Positions 26,962 through 37,073 of a stretch of 58,553 nt of DNA are shown piece after piece. A program made the position numbers and the translations under genes. Source of the DNA: a virus (Duplodnaviria; Caudoviricetes); the IMG/VR virus record IMGVR_UViG_3300025000_000115, positions 1 to 58,553 of that record, one strand, 5' to 3'. A model generated the notes under the pieces. The model did not search any database. It saw only the letters and a program-made list of their open reading frames with translations, and was not told where the DNA came from. Positions within the stretch are counted from its first letter, which is position 1. Each line of letters begins with the position of its first letter.

Positions 26962-28637
26962 ACTCTCACACCTCCTTTTTCCAGTACTCCGATGATCTGA
27001 CTTGCCAGTAAGTCAGCTTCCTGCCGACCGAGTGTTTGGGCGGTCAATACGTCTGTCTTAAACATGAAATAGAACCGTCTGTACGACTCCGCGTCTGGTC
27101 GTCCTTGCCACCTTTGCCATCCTGCCCAAATTGCGATCTGCTCCCTGAGTGCCGCCTGTGCTTCTTGTCGCTCACGGTGTCGTGCGGCTACACTCGCACA
27201 GACTACTGCCGACGCGCCTGACCGCTCCATGCCGTGTTTTACGTCGGTCGGGTCGCGGTCTATTTTAGCCAGCTCACCGCGCATTGCTGCAAGCACTGAC
27301 GGATCAAGCTCACATAAATCACCATCGACCTGTTCTATGGTTGAGCGTGACGCCGGTACAGGTGCCTCACCGCAAAATGGACACCGCGATAATACTCGCT
27401 CATACGGTGCCAAGCAAGCAGGGTTACAGCACACTCGCATGGGTATCGCGTCTGAAGGACCTTCTGCTGACCGCTTCTCACGCCGGTCAAGCGTCCAGAT
27501 GTGCGGTCGGTCAGGTAATCCGTGTCTTAGGACGTTCCCGACATGATCTATTATTTTAGCTTTCTGCTTACCGTCAAACAGCCGCAACGGTCGGCAAAAC
27601 ATCTGGTGGTATAAAGCATAGGACTGTGTTGCTCTCGCCATGCTGATAACTTCACACATGGGTATGTCTGTACCTTCCCCAAATAACCCCACGTTTACAA
27701 GCTGTAAAACCTCTCTGCGTCTGAATCTGCGTAATATTTCGGTACGGTGGTAGTCGGATGTTTTAGCGGTAACGACTTCAGACCGCACAGCCGCAGCATT
27801 GAACAGCCTGTTAAACTCTACGGCTGTTTCGACATCCGGTGCAAAGGTGATTCCCAACTCGCCGGGAGCGATTCGCAAATAATGTTCGACAACGTGTCCC
27901 ATTATATTACTGGCGCGAGTCTTCAGGGATAATTGACCTGCAATGTAATCTCCGTCAGCACCGACAGCCACCGTGGATAAATCAAGGTCTGACGGCGGGC
28001 AGAACACCCGATAGTCAGTCAGGTATGGTGTTATCACACCACTGTAGTCAGGTAGACCGTTGATCAGTTGACGTAGATTTGCACCCTGTACCATCACGTC
28101 AAACACACCATCAGCGTGTCGTCCGAGTCCCTGACCGTCTGCCCGCTCCGGTGTTGCATCGACACCGAAACCGACAGCGTTTGGAAACATTGCTACGGCT
28201 TTACCCCACTTATTTTTGACAGTAAGGTGTTTGCTCTCATCAACTACCCACATTGTCACCTGTTTCAACCACCTGTCAAGTTCAGTGCCGCGCCTGATCA
28301 GTGTGTCCACACCTGCTATGGCACAAGGAGCTGCTGGATCGTAGAAGTCTCGCCCAAACTCAATTATGTGTGACTGGATGATATTACGAATGACATTCTT
28401 GGGGCCGATTATACGGTGCTTGACACCGTAACGACCAAGTGTGAGAGACATCTGACCAACAAGTTCCTGGCGGTGAGCGATAACGCATGACGCGCCGACA
28501 TGCTTATGTACGCGGTTTGCGATCACTGCTGATTTTCCACCGCCGCAGTCTAGTACATAGAGTACATTACGATGACCGGCAGCATACGCCTCGTCTATCC
28601 GTATATTATCTTCTGACTGGTAGCGTCTTAATTGCAT
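26958..28637 (-). CDS. SF2 (DEAD/DEAH-like) helicase with C-terminal zinc finger
   Basis: LRRYQ, CGGGKS, AHRQEL, VDESKH, ATPERADG, GEGTDIP, DHVGNVLRHG, CPFCG. Confidence 0.88.
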   Translation of the reverse strand: MQLRRYQSEDNIRIDEAYAAGHRNVLYVLDCGGGKSAVIANRVHKHVGASCVIAHRQELVGQMSLTLGRYGVKHRIIGPKNVIRNIIQSHIIEFGRDFYDPAAPCAIAGVDTLIRRGTELDRWLKQVTMWVVDESKHLTVKNKWGKAVAMFPNAVGFGVDATPERADGQGLGRHADGVFDVMVQGANLRQLINGLPDYSGVITPYLTDYRVFCPPSDLDLSTVAVGADGDYIAGQLSLKTRASNIMGHVVEHYLRIAPGELGITFAPDVETAVEFNRLFNAAAVRSEVVTAKTSDYHRTEILRRFRRREVLQLVNVGLFGEGTDIPMCEVISMARATQSYALYHQMFCRPLRLFDGKQKAKIIDHVGNVLRHGLPDRPHIWTLDRREKRSAEGPSDAIPMRVCCNPACLAPYERVLSRCPFCGEAPVPASRSTIEQVDGDLCELDPSVLAAMRGELAKIDRDPTDVKHGMERSGASAVVCASVAARHRERQEAQAALREQIAIWAGWQRWQGRPDAESYRRFYFMFKTDVLTAQTLGRQEADLLASQIIGVLEKGGVRV

Positions 28638-28803
28638 ATGATAAGCCGACCCCCTCGGTTGGTGAAATGTAACTTAATCTCAATTGATAGTCGTGTCAAT
28701 TATTTTCTTCGGTATGCAAAATAAATATTGACAGCAGGGTCGTGATATGATTTTATGGTCATACGGAATCGCTAGAGGCAATAAATTACCGGGGAGGATA
28801 ATC

Positions 28804-29469
28804 ATGCGGAGAACGGAACTGACAACAACATTTGCAAAATTGAAAGCAACATCAGCCTACGAATCAGGTTACAAAAAACTTGCACAACATCTCGGTGGTA
28901 TCACCAAGTATGGCAAAGACACGCCAATCAATCTACTGACAATACTGGAGTCAAACGGTGTTGACGACATGATGTGGTCGTTACGTGCTGTTGATAATCC
29001 TGACGTTGAACGAATCGCTCGTTTTATTGCCTGCGATTGTGCTGAAGCATCACTCGTTGAGTATGAGGAATACACTCCAGATGACAACAGACCACGTGTA
29101 GCCATTGAGACTGCTCGGCGTTTTGCTGATGGTACAGCAACTCAAGAAGAAATGTCGGCAGCACAGTCGGCAGCACAGTCGGCAGCAGAGTCGGCAGCAT
29201 GGTCGGCAGCACGGTCGGCAGCATGGTCGGCAGCATGGTCGGCAGCACGGTCGGCAGCATGGTCGACAGCACGGTCGGCAGCACGGTCGGCAGCAGAGTC
29301 GGCAGCACGGTCGGCAGCACGGTCGGTAGCAGAGTCGGCAGCACAGTCGGCAGCACAGTCGGTAGCAGAGTCGGCAGCATGGTCGGCAGCATGGTCGGCA
29401 GCACAGTCGGTAGCAGAGTCGGCAGCAGAGTCGGCACAAGCTGAAATAATCAAAAAATATCTGAAATAG
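28804..29469 (+). CDS. Imm5-like domain protein with SAA(W/R/Q/E) tetrapeptide repeat
   Basis: IACDCAE...[17 protein letters not shown]; 12-nt tandem repeat at about 29154-29436. Confidence 0.7.
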   Translation: MRRTELTTTFAKLKATSAYESGYKKLAQHLGGITKYGKDTPINLLTILESNGVDDMMWSLRAVDNPDVERIARFIACDCAEASLVEYEEYTPDDNRPRVAIETARRFADGTATQEEMSAAQSAAQSAAESAAWSAARSAAWSAAWSAARSAAWSTARSAARSAAESAARSAARSVAESAAQSAAQSVAESAAWSAAWSAAQSVAESAAESAQAEIIKKYLK

Positions 29470-29560
29470 CAGTAGCTCAATGGATAGAGCACCGCCATCA
29501 GGCGGGATTGGTACGCACGTCGTACTGAAAGGGTTGTGGGTTCGAGTCCCACCTGCTAAA
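29466..29560 (+). tRNA. Atypical tRNA-like element (4-nt anticodon loop, long variable arm, no encoded CCA)
   Basis: TAGCAG/CTGCTA acceptor, TAGCTCAATGGATAGAGCA D-arm, GTGGG TTCGAGT CCCAC T-arm. Confidence 0.7.
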
Positions 29561-29594
29561 AAACGCGCCAGTCAACCCGGCTAGGAGGTTACAA

Positions 29595-29774
29595 ATGAAA
29601 GAAGGACTGAGAAAAATCAGCGACAAATTAGCAACGGCAACAGTAGAGGCAGAGAAGTTTGAAGGCGGCAACAAATCTGCCGGTGTCAGACTCAGGGGTC
29701 TGATGCAGGATATCAAAACGCTGGCAACCGAAGTGCGAGGAGTCGTACTGGCTGCTACTAAAGGGGGTAAGTAA
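29595..29774 (+). CDS. Histone H1-like (Hc1-family) small protein
   Basis: Hand translation: AEKFEGGNKSAGVRLRGLMQDIKTLATEVR; AGGAGG RBS. Confidence 0.7.
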   Translation: MKEGLRKISDKLATATVEAEKFEGGNKSAGVRLRGLMQDIKTLATEVRGVVLAATKGGK

Positions 29775-29777
29775 CCG

Positions 29778-30833
29778 ATGAGCATCACACTGACAATACC
29801 TGATGACAAGCGGCACATCACTGCTGCTGCTAAATTTTTCGCAGACTTGGCTGACATCGGGCTAATTATCCCGACGTTTGATGGTCAATTTGTAATTACA
29901 CCTGCCGACGTGGAAAAATGTAGCACAATTGCTGGCAAAACAGCAGACGTTATGATTTTTGATGACGTTGAGCACACAGCATCGCCCGTTGACGTTAGTT
30001 CGGCATTCATGGCAACCACAGTGGTCGCGCAGCATCCAACAACCGAATCTCTGCTTACCGGCAACGGAATACCAGAATACGACGGTGTGCCTTTTGACGT
30101 GACGCCACCCACACCAGTACCACCTGCGCCACCCACACCAGTACCACCTGCGCCACCCACACCAGTACCACCTGCGCCACCCGTAACACCACAACCGTTT
30201 GTACCACCCGAACCAACTCGTAATGTCCCTGGTCCCATCGTCAGCGGTGTCAAACTGGATGCAGAAGGCCTGCCGTGGGATCGACGTATTCACGCAAGCA
30301 CCAAGACCCTCCGTCAGTCAGATAACACCTGGAAGCTGATACGCGGTGTGCAGGAAGGATTGGTTGCTAAGGTTAAAGACGAGTTACGAACCGCTATGGG
30401 TCAGGCGGCTCCGGTCGGATCTAACGGCGGTGTAATGGTGCCGACAGAACAATTTAACGCCGGTACGATTCCGCAACATGTAGTCAACCAGATAATCACA
30501 CCGCCAGCACCGCCCACCGGTTTGCCGAATCTCGACAATGACAGTAGTTGGCCTGCACCTCCATCAGTCGTTGAGGACGCCGCACTCGTCACCCCACCGC
30601 CACCAGTGCTTGCTCTCGTCCAGCCACCCGCACCACCTGCTCCACCTGCTGCCGATCCGTTTCCTGAGTTCGTACAATTCTGCACCAGCAATCAGCAATC
30701 TGGCAGACTGGAGTACACAGCCATCGTAAGCACTTGCCAGAAATACGGCATTACTCAACTTCCAATGCTCAACGCTCGTCACGACCTGATACCGACCATT
30801 CGTACTGAGTTGGAGGCTTTATGCAAGTCATAA
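29778..30833 (+). CDS. Proline-rich phage replication-module protein
   Basis: LDAEGLPWDRRIHASTK motif; PPTPVPPA x3. Confidence 0.6.
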   Translation: MSITLTIPDDKRHITAAAKFFADLADIGLIIPTFDGQFVITPADVEKCSTIAGKTADVMIFDDVEHTASPVDVSSAFMATTVVAQHPTTESLLTGNGIPEYDGVPFDVTPPTPVPPAPPTPVPPAPPTPVPPAPPVTPQPFVPPEPTRNVPGPIVSGVKLDAEGLPWDRRIHASTKTLRQSDNTWKLIRGVQEGLVAKVKDELRTAMGQAAPVGSNGGVMVPTEQFNAGTIPQHVVNQIITPPAPPTGLPNLDNDSSWPAPPSVVEDAALVTPPPPVLALVQPPAPPAPPAADPFPEFVQFCTSNQQSGRLEYTAIVSTCQKYGITQLPMLNARHDLIPTIRTELEALCKS

Positions 30834-31204
30834 TGGGTAACATAACGACACAATTAGACGTTCACCGATCAAAAAGTATTATCATTACCGGGGGGAAGGG
30901 GACTGGTAAAACCATACTCGCTACACAGCTGGCTAAGTTTATCGGCGGACCATATATATTTGTCAGCGAACAGGATGTTAAAAAAGATAAATTTATTTTT
31001 GCGAGTAAACCGAGCACTGTTATTATTGAGGATTGCAAGAATTTAGACGTTCTTTACGGGCTGACCTGTAGTGAGACTGTGATGTGTCATCGTAAGGGTA
31101 AAGAACCAAAAGAAATGATCACGCCACATATTATATGCACGAGTGAGCTCCGTACAATGAACAGCAGTCCTCGGTTTATTGTTATTGATTTGGGGGGTTA
31201 TTAA
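30821..31204 (+). CDS. Minimal P-loop NTPase-like protein
   Basis: IIITGGKGTGKT and TVIIED; AT-richer than neighbours by eye. Confidence 0.6.
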   Translation: MQVIMGNITTQLDVHRSKSIIITGGKGTGKTILATQLAKFIGGPYIFVSEQDVKKDKFIFASKPSTVIIEDCKNLDVLYGLTCSETVMCHRKGKEPKEMITPHIICTSELRTMNSSPRFIVIDLGGY

Positions 31205-32385
31205 TGACTTCACCAGCACCTGTGACGGACAGACCGATATCACCTCCAGCGCCCGCACCAGCACACGCTCGGCTCAGTCCATCAGCCGCGTCACGGTGGG
31301 TCAAGTGTCCCGGTAGTGTTCCGCTTGCTGCCAGATTTCCTGAAACCGGTTGTTCTGACGCGGCTGAAGAGGGAACAGCAAGCCATTGGATCGGCAGCGA
31401 GACTCTGAGCGGTCGCGGCAAGGCTGTCGGTGCCTGGGTGGGTGTCAAAGCGCCGAACGGCATTGTGATTGACATGGAAATGGTTGACGGTGCGTATGTT
31501 TATGTCGAAGCCGTCAAACAGGCAGCAGGCGTACAGCAGGTGTTGACGGTCGAGCAACCTGTGACCTGCATGCCGGTTCATCCTGAATGTTGGGGAACAC
31601 CCGACCTGTTCTACTGGTCAGCAGGCGGTAAAGAGCTACATGTTTGGGATTATAAATACGGTTACGGAATAGTCGAGCCGTATGAAAACTGGCAGTTGAT
31701 TTGCTATGCTGCCGGAATAATGACCGGTCTTACCGGCGATCAGGACCGGCAAACGACTGTCTGTCTGCACATTGTCCAGCCGCGACCGTTCCACCGTGAT
31801 GGTGCTGTCAGGGAATGGCGAATAAACGGGGCCGACCTGCGTGGTTACATCAATCGTCTGTCGCTTGCTGCTCACCAGGCAGTCTCAGCAACACCTTGCA
31901 CGGCGTCCGGTGCTCATTGCCGGTACTGTGCTGCACGTCACGCCTGTCCGACACTTGCTCTGTCGTGTTACGCTGCAATCGATTATATTGGTCAGGCGCA
32001 ACCGGAAGAGTTGACAGTCGAAGCAATGGCAATGGAATACAAGGTGCTGGAGCGTATCAGTGTGCTGATTAAATCCCGATTGTCGGCTCACGAGTCGCGT
32101 ATGATCGGCATGATTAAAGCGGGTGGCTCGGTGCCTGGTTACACAATCGATTACGGAACCGGCCACGCTAAGTGGACTAAACCGGTAGCTGAAATAATCG
32201 CTCTCGGCAAGATGATGGGTCTGGAACTTGCCGCCGAACCACAGGCGGTCACACCTGCAAAGGCGATTAAAGCAGGATTGGACGAAGTATTGGTCAAGGC
32301 GTACAGTGAGCGACCGCAAACAGGCATGAAATTGCTGGCTGTCGGTAACTCGCTGGCTAACAGAGTATTTGGGGTGAGCGTATGA
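31204..32385 (+). CDS. Cas4-like PD-(D/E)xK exonuclease (DUF2800-type)
   Basis: HARLSPSAASRWVKCPGS, WGTPD, DYKYG, QLICYA, HCRYCAARHAC. Confidence 0.85.
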   Translation: MTSPAPVTDRPISPPAPAPAHARLSPSAASRWVKCPGSVPLAARFPETGCSDAAEEGTASHWIGSETLSGRGKAVGAWVGVKAPNGIVIDMEMVDGAYVYVEAVKQAAGVQQVLTVEQPVTCMPVHPECWGTPDLFYWSAGGKELHVWDYKYGYGIVEPYENWQLICYAAGIMTGLTGDQDRQTTVCLHIVQPRPFHRDGAVREWRINGADLRGYINRLSLAAHQAVSATPCTASGAHCRYCAARHACPTLALSCYAAIDYIGQAQPEELTVEAMAMEYKVLERISVLIKSRLSAHESRMIGMIKAGGSVPGYTIDYGTGHAKWTKPVAEIIALGKMMGLELAAEPQAVTPAKAIKAGLDEVLVKAYSERPQTGMKLLAVGNSLANRVFGVSV

Positions 32386-32618
32386 GAGCAACAAGCACCA
32401 CCACTGTGATTTTGGAGATGTCAGAAAATGAAGCGGCATGGTTAATAGGTCAGTTGGAACAGGCGGCAATTGATTCGCCACCAAGCGTGCTACATCATGA
32501 TTTAGCTGAACAGCTCAAATATGTACTACCTAATTCAGCCAAATCATCTGTTGCACCAGCCTGTGCACCTGCAAGCCGCATTAACCGGTCAACCCGGTCA
32601 GGAGGAACACAATTATGA
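32382..32618 (+). CDS. Hypothetical protein
   Basis: ATGA-coupled ORF. Confidence 0.45.
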   Translation: MRATSTTTVILEMSENEAAWLIGQLEQAAIDSPPSVLHHDLAEQLKYVLPNSAKSSVAPACAPASRINRSTRSGGTQL

Positions 32619-33463
32619 TGCACGGAACAGACCATGTAATAACCGGTAATGCTATTGTCGTATGGGACGGCATTACCAAACCGGAAACCATGAAGAACGG
32701 TCAGCCGCTGGCTAAGCCTCAGTACAGCTTGAAACTGGCACTTCGAGCGAACGACCCTTGTCTTGCCGAAATTGACGCAATAGCTAAATCAGCACTTCAG
32801 GCGTCCAAGTGGAAAGGTGTCATGCCTCATGGCGGTTCCTGGCCCCTTGCAAACGCTAACCCGCAGATTGCCGATGGTGCGCTTAACGGTATGATAACCA
32901 TTAACCCGAAAACCAGTCAGCAGGACATTACGCAGAAAGTCTATGATGCAAACGGTCAGCCGCTTAACCCGATGGCGTATGCGAGGATGCTTTACCCTGG
33001 AGCCGTGGTCCAGGTAATTATTCACGCGTTTGACTTCGATAACGTGCAGAAGGGTATTTCACTCGGTCTGGACGGTATCAGGATCGTTGACGCCGCAGCA
33101 CCTGCTCTGAATATTGGCGCGTCAATGCCTGCCAGTGAGGTTGCATCGGCGTTCGGCGCTGCTCCGGTAGCCGCACCTCAACCACCGGTATTCACGCCGC
33201 CTGTCGGTCAGCCCCCAGTGTACCAGCAGCCACCTGTCGGGTATTCAGCACCGCAGCCACCGGTATTCACGCCGCCGGTGTACCAGCAGCCCACTGCTCC
33301 TGCACCTCCGATGCCGCCGATTACGCCTGCACCTGACTTCTTGGCACCCCCAATACCACCTGCTCACCAGATGACCGCTGCTGCAAATGGTGCGAGCTAC
33401 GAACAGCTTGTGGCTATTGGCTGGACTGACGCGACACTCAGACAGCACGGCATGATGATTTAA
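32615..33463 (+). CDS. Single-stranded DNA-binding protein (DUF2815-like) with Pro-rich tail
   Basis: LYPGAVVQVII..FDNVQKGISLGLDGI; position after Cas4-like gene. Confidence 0.7.
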   Translation: MMHGTDHVITGNAIVVWDGITKPETMKNGQPLAKPQYSLKLALRANDPCLAEIDAIAKSALQASKWKGVMPHGGSWPLANANPQIADGALNGMITINPKTSQQDITQKVYDANGQPLNPMAYARMLYPGAVVQVIIHAFDFDNVQKGISLGLDGIRIVDAAAPALNIGASMPASEVASAFGAAPVAAPQPPVFTPPVGQPPVYQQPPVGYSAPQPPVFTPPVYQQPTAPAPPMPPITPAPDFLAPPIPPAHQMTAAANGASYEQLVAIGWTDATLRQHGMMI

Positions 33464-33664
33464 TTACACAGCGGCAGGTTGTCACACCTGCCGCTAATTA
33501 CCTGGAGGTAACAGCATGACACTCGAAGAAGCAAAACGATACGACGCGCACGGACAGGCGCACACCAGCTACGTGGATCGATGGTTTGAGGAACGGCTAC
33601 GGGACTGTCGTAAACGTGGTGCTGCTGCACGCTTACGGGCTAGTCGTCTGGTGGGAGGTGGGGA

Positions 33665-34054
33665 GTGAACGCCGACACATTTAATGAGCTGTTGGAACGC
33701 AAATTAGCTGACAGCCGCACCGTGCTTGCAAGTAAGGCGACTGAATACAGTCACGGCGGCGACCGTCTGAGTAACTTCAAACGTGCCGCCGGAATGCTCA
33801 ATTGTGAACCGGAAGCTGCCCTGCTTGCCTTCGTGACTAAACACATCACTGCTCTATATGACTTTGTAGCTACTCTGCCAGACGGTAATATTACGCTGGA
33901 ACAGTGGGCTGAGAAGACCGGCGACATCCGTAATTACATGATTCTGCTGGACGGTCTGATTGAAGAGCGGATGGTGTGCGTTGATCGGTCGTCCTGTGGG
34001 TGGTACAACGGCCAGAAAATACTAAACAAGGAGGTTACAGATGCAACTGATTAA
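33665..34054 (+). CDS. Nucleotide-modification-associated helical domain protein
   Basis: KATEYSHGGDRLSNFKRAA...DIRNYMILL. Confidence 0.55.
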   Translation: MNADTFNELLERKLADSRTVLASKATEYSHGGDRLSNFKRAAGMLNCEPEAALLAFVTKHITALYDFVATLPDGNITLEQWAEKTGDIRNYMILLDGLIEERMVCVDRSSCGWYNGQKILNKEVTDATD

Positions 34055-34685
34055 ACCGTCTATCAAATTGGAGTTCGTTACTCCCGATGCTCTGCGACTT
34101 ATAGAGACTGCTGGTCGCACCTGTTACAAGTCAGAAGATAAAATAACATCTGGTTCTGCCATTGATTTTGTGCAGATGATTCTAAAACGCGGTCACGATT
34201 CGGTATTGGAACACTGTAACGCAACCGTTCGATTCATTTGTGATCGTGGCGTGTCACATGAGATTGTGCGCCACCGAATAGCCAGTTTTAGTCAGGAGAG
34301 CACGAGGTATTGCGACTATGAAAGTGGGCATGTTGCTTTTATAATTCCGCCCTGGGTAACAATACCTGCTGGCATATATGTCCCTGGGGAATGCCCATCC
34401 AGTAACAACGAAGATTACGAATGGTTTAATGCTATGTGGGACGCTCGTTGTCGTTACAAGACTCTCCGCGAACACGGCTGGAAACCAGAACAGGCACGCA
34501 GTGTGTTGCCGAACAGCCTCAAAACTGAAATTGTGATGACGGGAAATTTCCGCGAGTGGCGGCACTTTTTTAGACTGCGTTCGTCGGCAATATCATTGGC
34601 AGCACATCCACAAATGCGCGAGGTTGCTGATTTGGCACTTGCCGAAATGCGTCAACAAGTGCGTGTTGTCTTTAGTGACCTATGA
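34041..34685 (+). CDS. thyX: Flavin-dependent thymidylate synthase
   Basis: GHDSVLEH, RGVSHEIVRHRIASFSQESTRY, ARSVLP, AHPQMR. Confidence 0.95.
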   Translation: MQLIKPSIKLEFVTPDALRLIETAGRTCYKSEDKITSGSAIDFVQMILKRGHDSVLEHCNATVRFICDRGVSHEIVRHRIASFSQESTRYCDYESGHVAFIIPPWVTIPAGIYVPGECPSSNNEDYEWFNAMWDARCRYKTLREHGWKPEQARSVLPNSLKTEIVMTGNFREWRHFFRLRSSAISLAAHPQMREVADLALAEMRQQVRVVFSDL

Positions 34686-36703
34686 CAACACCTGCCGACT
34701 ACATATACGACATCGAGTCTTACTGTAACATCTTCACGCTCGCCATCAAACAGGCGGGTGCCGACCACCGCTGGCTATTTGAGATAAGCGACCGGCGCAA
34801 CGACGTACAGGCTCTCTGCGCGTTTATGCAGACGCTCCGCACCTGGAACAGCAGGATGGTCGGATTCAATAACCTTGGATTTGACTATCCTGTACTCCAC
34901 TCGATCCTGATGCGACCTGACCAGGCGACTGCTTACTCCATCAACCAGACCGTACAGTACATAATCAATAAACCTCACGAAGATCGGTTTGGTCATATCA
35001 TTTACGACCGCGACCAGATCGTGCCGCAACTCGACCTGTTTAAGATTCACCATTTCGACAATAAATCAAAATATACCAGTCTGAAGATACTTGAATTTAA
35101 TATGCGGTCTGATAGCATCCAGGATTTACCGTATAAACCCGGCAGCACACTGACCAGCGAACAAATGGAATTGCTGATCCAGTACAACTGGCACGATGTC
35201 GAACAGACTGAAGCGTTCTACTGGTACAGCATCGACGCCATACGGTTCAGAGAGGAACTGTCGGCTAAATACGGTCGGTCTTTCATTAACCACAACGACA
35301 CGAAGATCGGCAAAGATTATTTTATCATGCGTCTGGAAGAGGCGTCACCGGGGGCGTGTTATGACAGCTCCAGCGGCTCCCGGCGTCCACGCCAGACTAT
35401 CAGGCAGCAGATACGGCTTGCTGACGTGGTGCTGCCTTACGTGCAGTTTCAGCGACCGGAGTTCACCGCTGTAGCAAACTGGTTTAAAGCACAGGTGATC
35501 GGCGGCAAACAGGTCGAAGAACTGGACAAAGAAGCGACAGACGACCTGAAGATTAAGGGTATTTTCACAAAGATATCTGAAAATGAATTGGGAGAACTGG
35601 CACAATATTCACAATTTGAAAAGCACAAGGTCGGTGGTAGTAGGCGGGTTAAAACACTTAATTGTGTTGTTGACGGATTTCAATTTAACTTCGGTGCCGG
35701 TGGGCTGCACGGCAGTGTGACCAGTCAGACGGTCAGCAGTGATGACACACATATAATCTTGGATTTGGATGTTGCAAGCTACTACCCGAATATTGCCATA
35801 GCAAACGACTTCTATCCTCAACATTATAGTCAGTTATTTTGCCGTATTTACAAAGACGTGTACGAACAGCGGAAAACTTACAAGAAGGGCACACCGGAAA
35901 ACGCCATGCTGAAGCTGGCATTGAATGGTGTTTATGGCGACTCGAATAACAAATATTCAGTCTTCCTCGACACGCAGTACACCATGCTCATAACGATTAA
36001 CGGCCAATTGTTACTCTGCATGTTGGCCGAACAGTTAATGCGTGTACCCGGTCTGCAAATGATTCAAGCCAACACTGACGGTCTGACGGTACGCGTCCCA
36101 CGTTCTGCTCACGAACACGTTGGCACTGTCTGCAAGTGGTGGGAAGGATTCACTCGATTACAGCTGGAAGAAGTTGTTTACGAGCATGTCCATATCAGGG
36201 ACTGTAATGGTTATCTCGGTAGATATGCCGACGGCAAGATCAAACGCAAGGGACCGTACCGCAGCGTGTTTAATCCACCGGCAATTAATATCAGTGTCGG
36301 CGATCTTGAATGGCACCAGGACCACTCGGCGCTGGTTGTACCAATGGCCGTTGAGTCGGCACTGATTCACGGTGAGCCGGTGCGGTCGTTCATCTACAAC
36401 CACGACAATATTCACGACTTCATGCTGAGAACCAAAGTACCACGTAGCAGTCGGTTGGAACTGGACGGTCGAATCGTGCAGAACATAACTCGCTATTACG
36501 TATCTCGGTCGGGTGACCCGTTAGTTAAAATAATGCCACCCTTGGCTAAGAAGCCTGGAGTCGAACGCCGAATAGGTATTTGCGTGGGGCGGAACGTCAG
36601 CGAGTGCAACGACATCCAGCAAGCAGTCGGAACGGATATTGACTTCGAGTATTACATCAGTGAGGCGGAAAAGCTGTTAAAACCATTACAGGGAGGGGTT
36701 TAG
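34682..36703 (+). CDS. Family-B DNA polymerase with 3'-5' exonuclease
   Basis: YDIES, GFNNLGFDYP, YNWHDV; DLDVASYYP, KLALNGVYG, ANTDG. Confidence 0.9.
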   Translation: MTTPADYIYDIESYCNIFTLAIKQAGADHRWLFEISDRRNDVQALCAFMQTLRTWNSRMVGFNNLGFDYPVLHSILMRPDQATAYSINQTVQYIINKPHEDRFGHIIYDRDQIVPQLDLFKIHHFDNKSKYTSLKILEFNMRSDSIQDLPYKPGSTLTSEQMELLIQYNWHDVEQTEAFYWYSIDAIRFREELSAKYGRSFINHNDTKIGKDYFIMRLEEASPGACYDSSSGSRRPRQTIRQQIRLADVVLPYVQFQRPEFTAVANWFKAQVIGGKQVEELDKEATDDLKIKGIFTKISENELGELAQYSQFEKHKVGGSRRVKTLNCVVDGFQFNFGAGGLHGSVTSQTVSSDDTHIILDLDVASYYPNIAIANDFYPQHYSQLFCRIYKDVYEQRKTYKKGTPENAMLKLALNGVYGDSNNKYSVFLDTQYTMLITINGQLLLCMLAEQLMRVPGLQMIQANTDGLTVRVPRSAHEHVGTVCKWWEGFTRLQLEEVVYEHVHIRDCNGYLGRYADGKIKRKGPYRSVFNPPAINISVGDLEWHQDHSALVVPMAVESALIHGEPVRSFIYNHDNIHDFMLRTKVPRSSRLELDGRIVQNITRYYVSRSGDPLVKIMPPLAKKPGVERRIGICVGRNVSECNDIQQAVGTDIDFEYYISEAEKLLKPLQGGV

Positions 36704-36704
36704 T

Positions 36705-37022
36705 ATGAGTCATAGAGATGTCTGTCTAGTAACCACCGTAGAGGAAGCGACACAGTGGTTGGAAATGTATCGTCACACGTTGGGATTTGACGCACAGGCG
36801 TTGCGGGTGATTGAGATATTGGAGTCAGCACTGGACAACGATGTGCCGAAACTGGAAGGTCAGGTGGAAGAGCTGAACGATCAGATAACCGAGCTGAACG
36901 AACAGATAACCGAGCTGAACGAACGCATCGAAACAATCAAGTCAGCAGCATCTGACTGGACTGAATACGTTATTGAAGACAACGCGCCACACAGTCTGAC
37001 TAAACATCTGGAAGATTTGTAA
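36705..37022 (+). CDS. Coiled-coil hypothetical protein
   Basis: ELNDQIT/ELNEQIT heptad repeats. Confidence 0.6.
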   Translation: MSHRDVCLVTTVEEATQWLEMYRHTLGFDAQALRVIEILESALDNDVPKLEGQVEELNDQITELNEQITELNERIETIKSAASDWTEYVIEDNAPHSLTKHLEDL

Positions 37023-37064
37023 AAAAGCGGCGATACGTCAAGGAGGTACTGCCCGTATCGCCGC
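37021..37064 (-). terminator. Terminator between convergent operons
   Basis: GCGGCGATACG/CGTATCGCCGC 11-bp stem plus T-run on minus strand. Confidence 0.75.
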
Positions 37065-37073
37065 ACCACAATT

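Noticed and set aside
29492-29505. TCA in the tRNA-like loop as an opal suppressor or Sec tRNA implying recoding
   Set aside because: The loop is only 4 nt; core genes are intact in code 11 and TGA is used as a normal coupled stop
29024-29552. Cys-rich and other alternative-frame ORFs over the 12-nt repeat
   Set aside because: Shadows of the SAAx minisatellite with no independent RBS
31204-32385. Cas4-like gene as part of a CRISPR system
   Set aside because: It is in the usual phage nuclease-SSB-polymerase context, with no array or other cas genes
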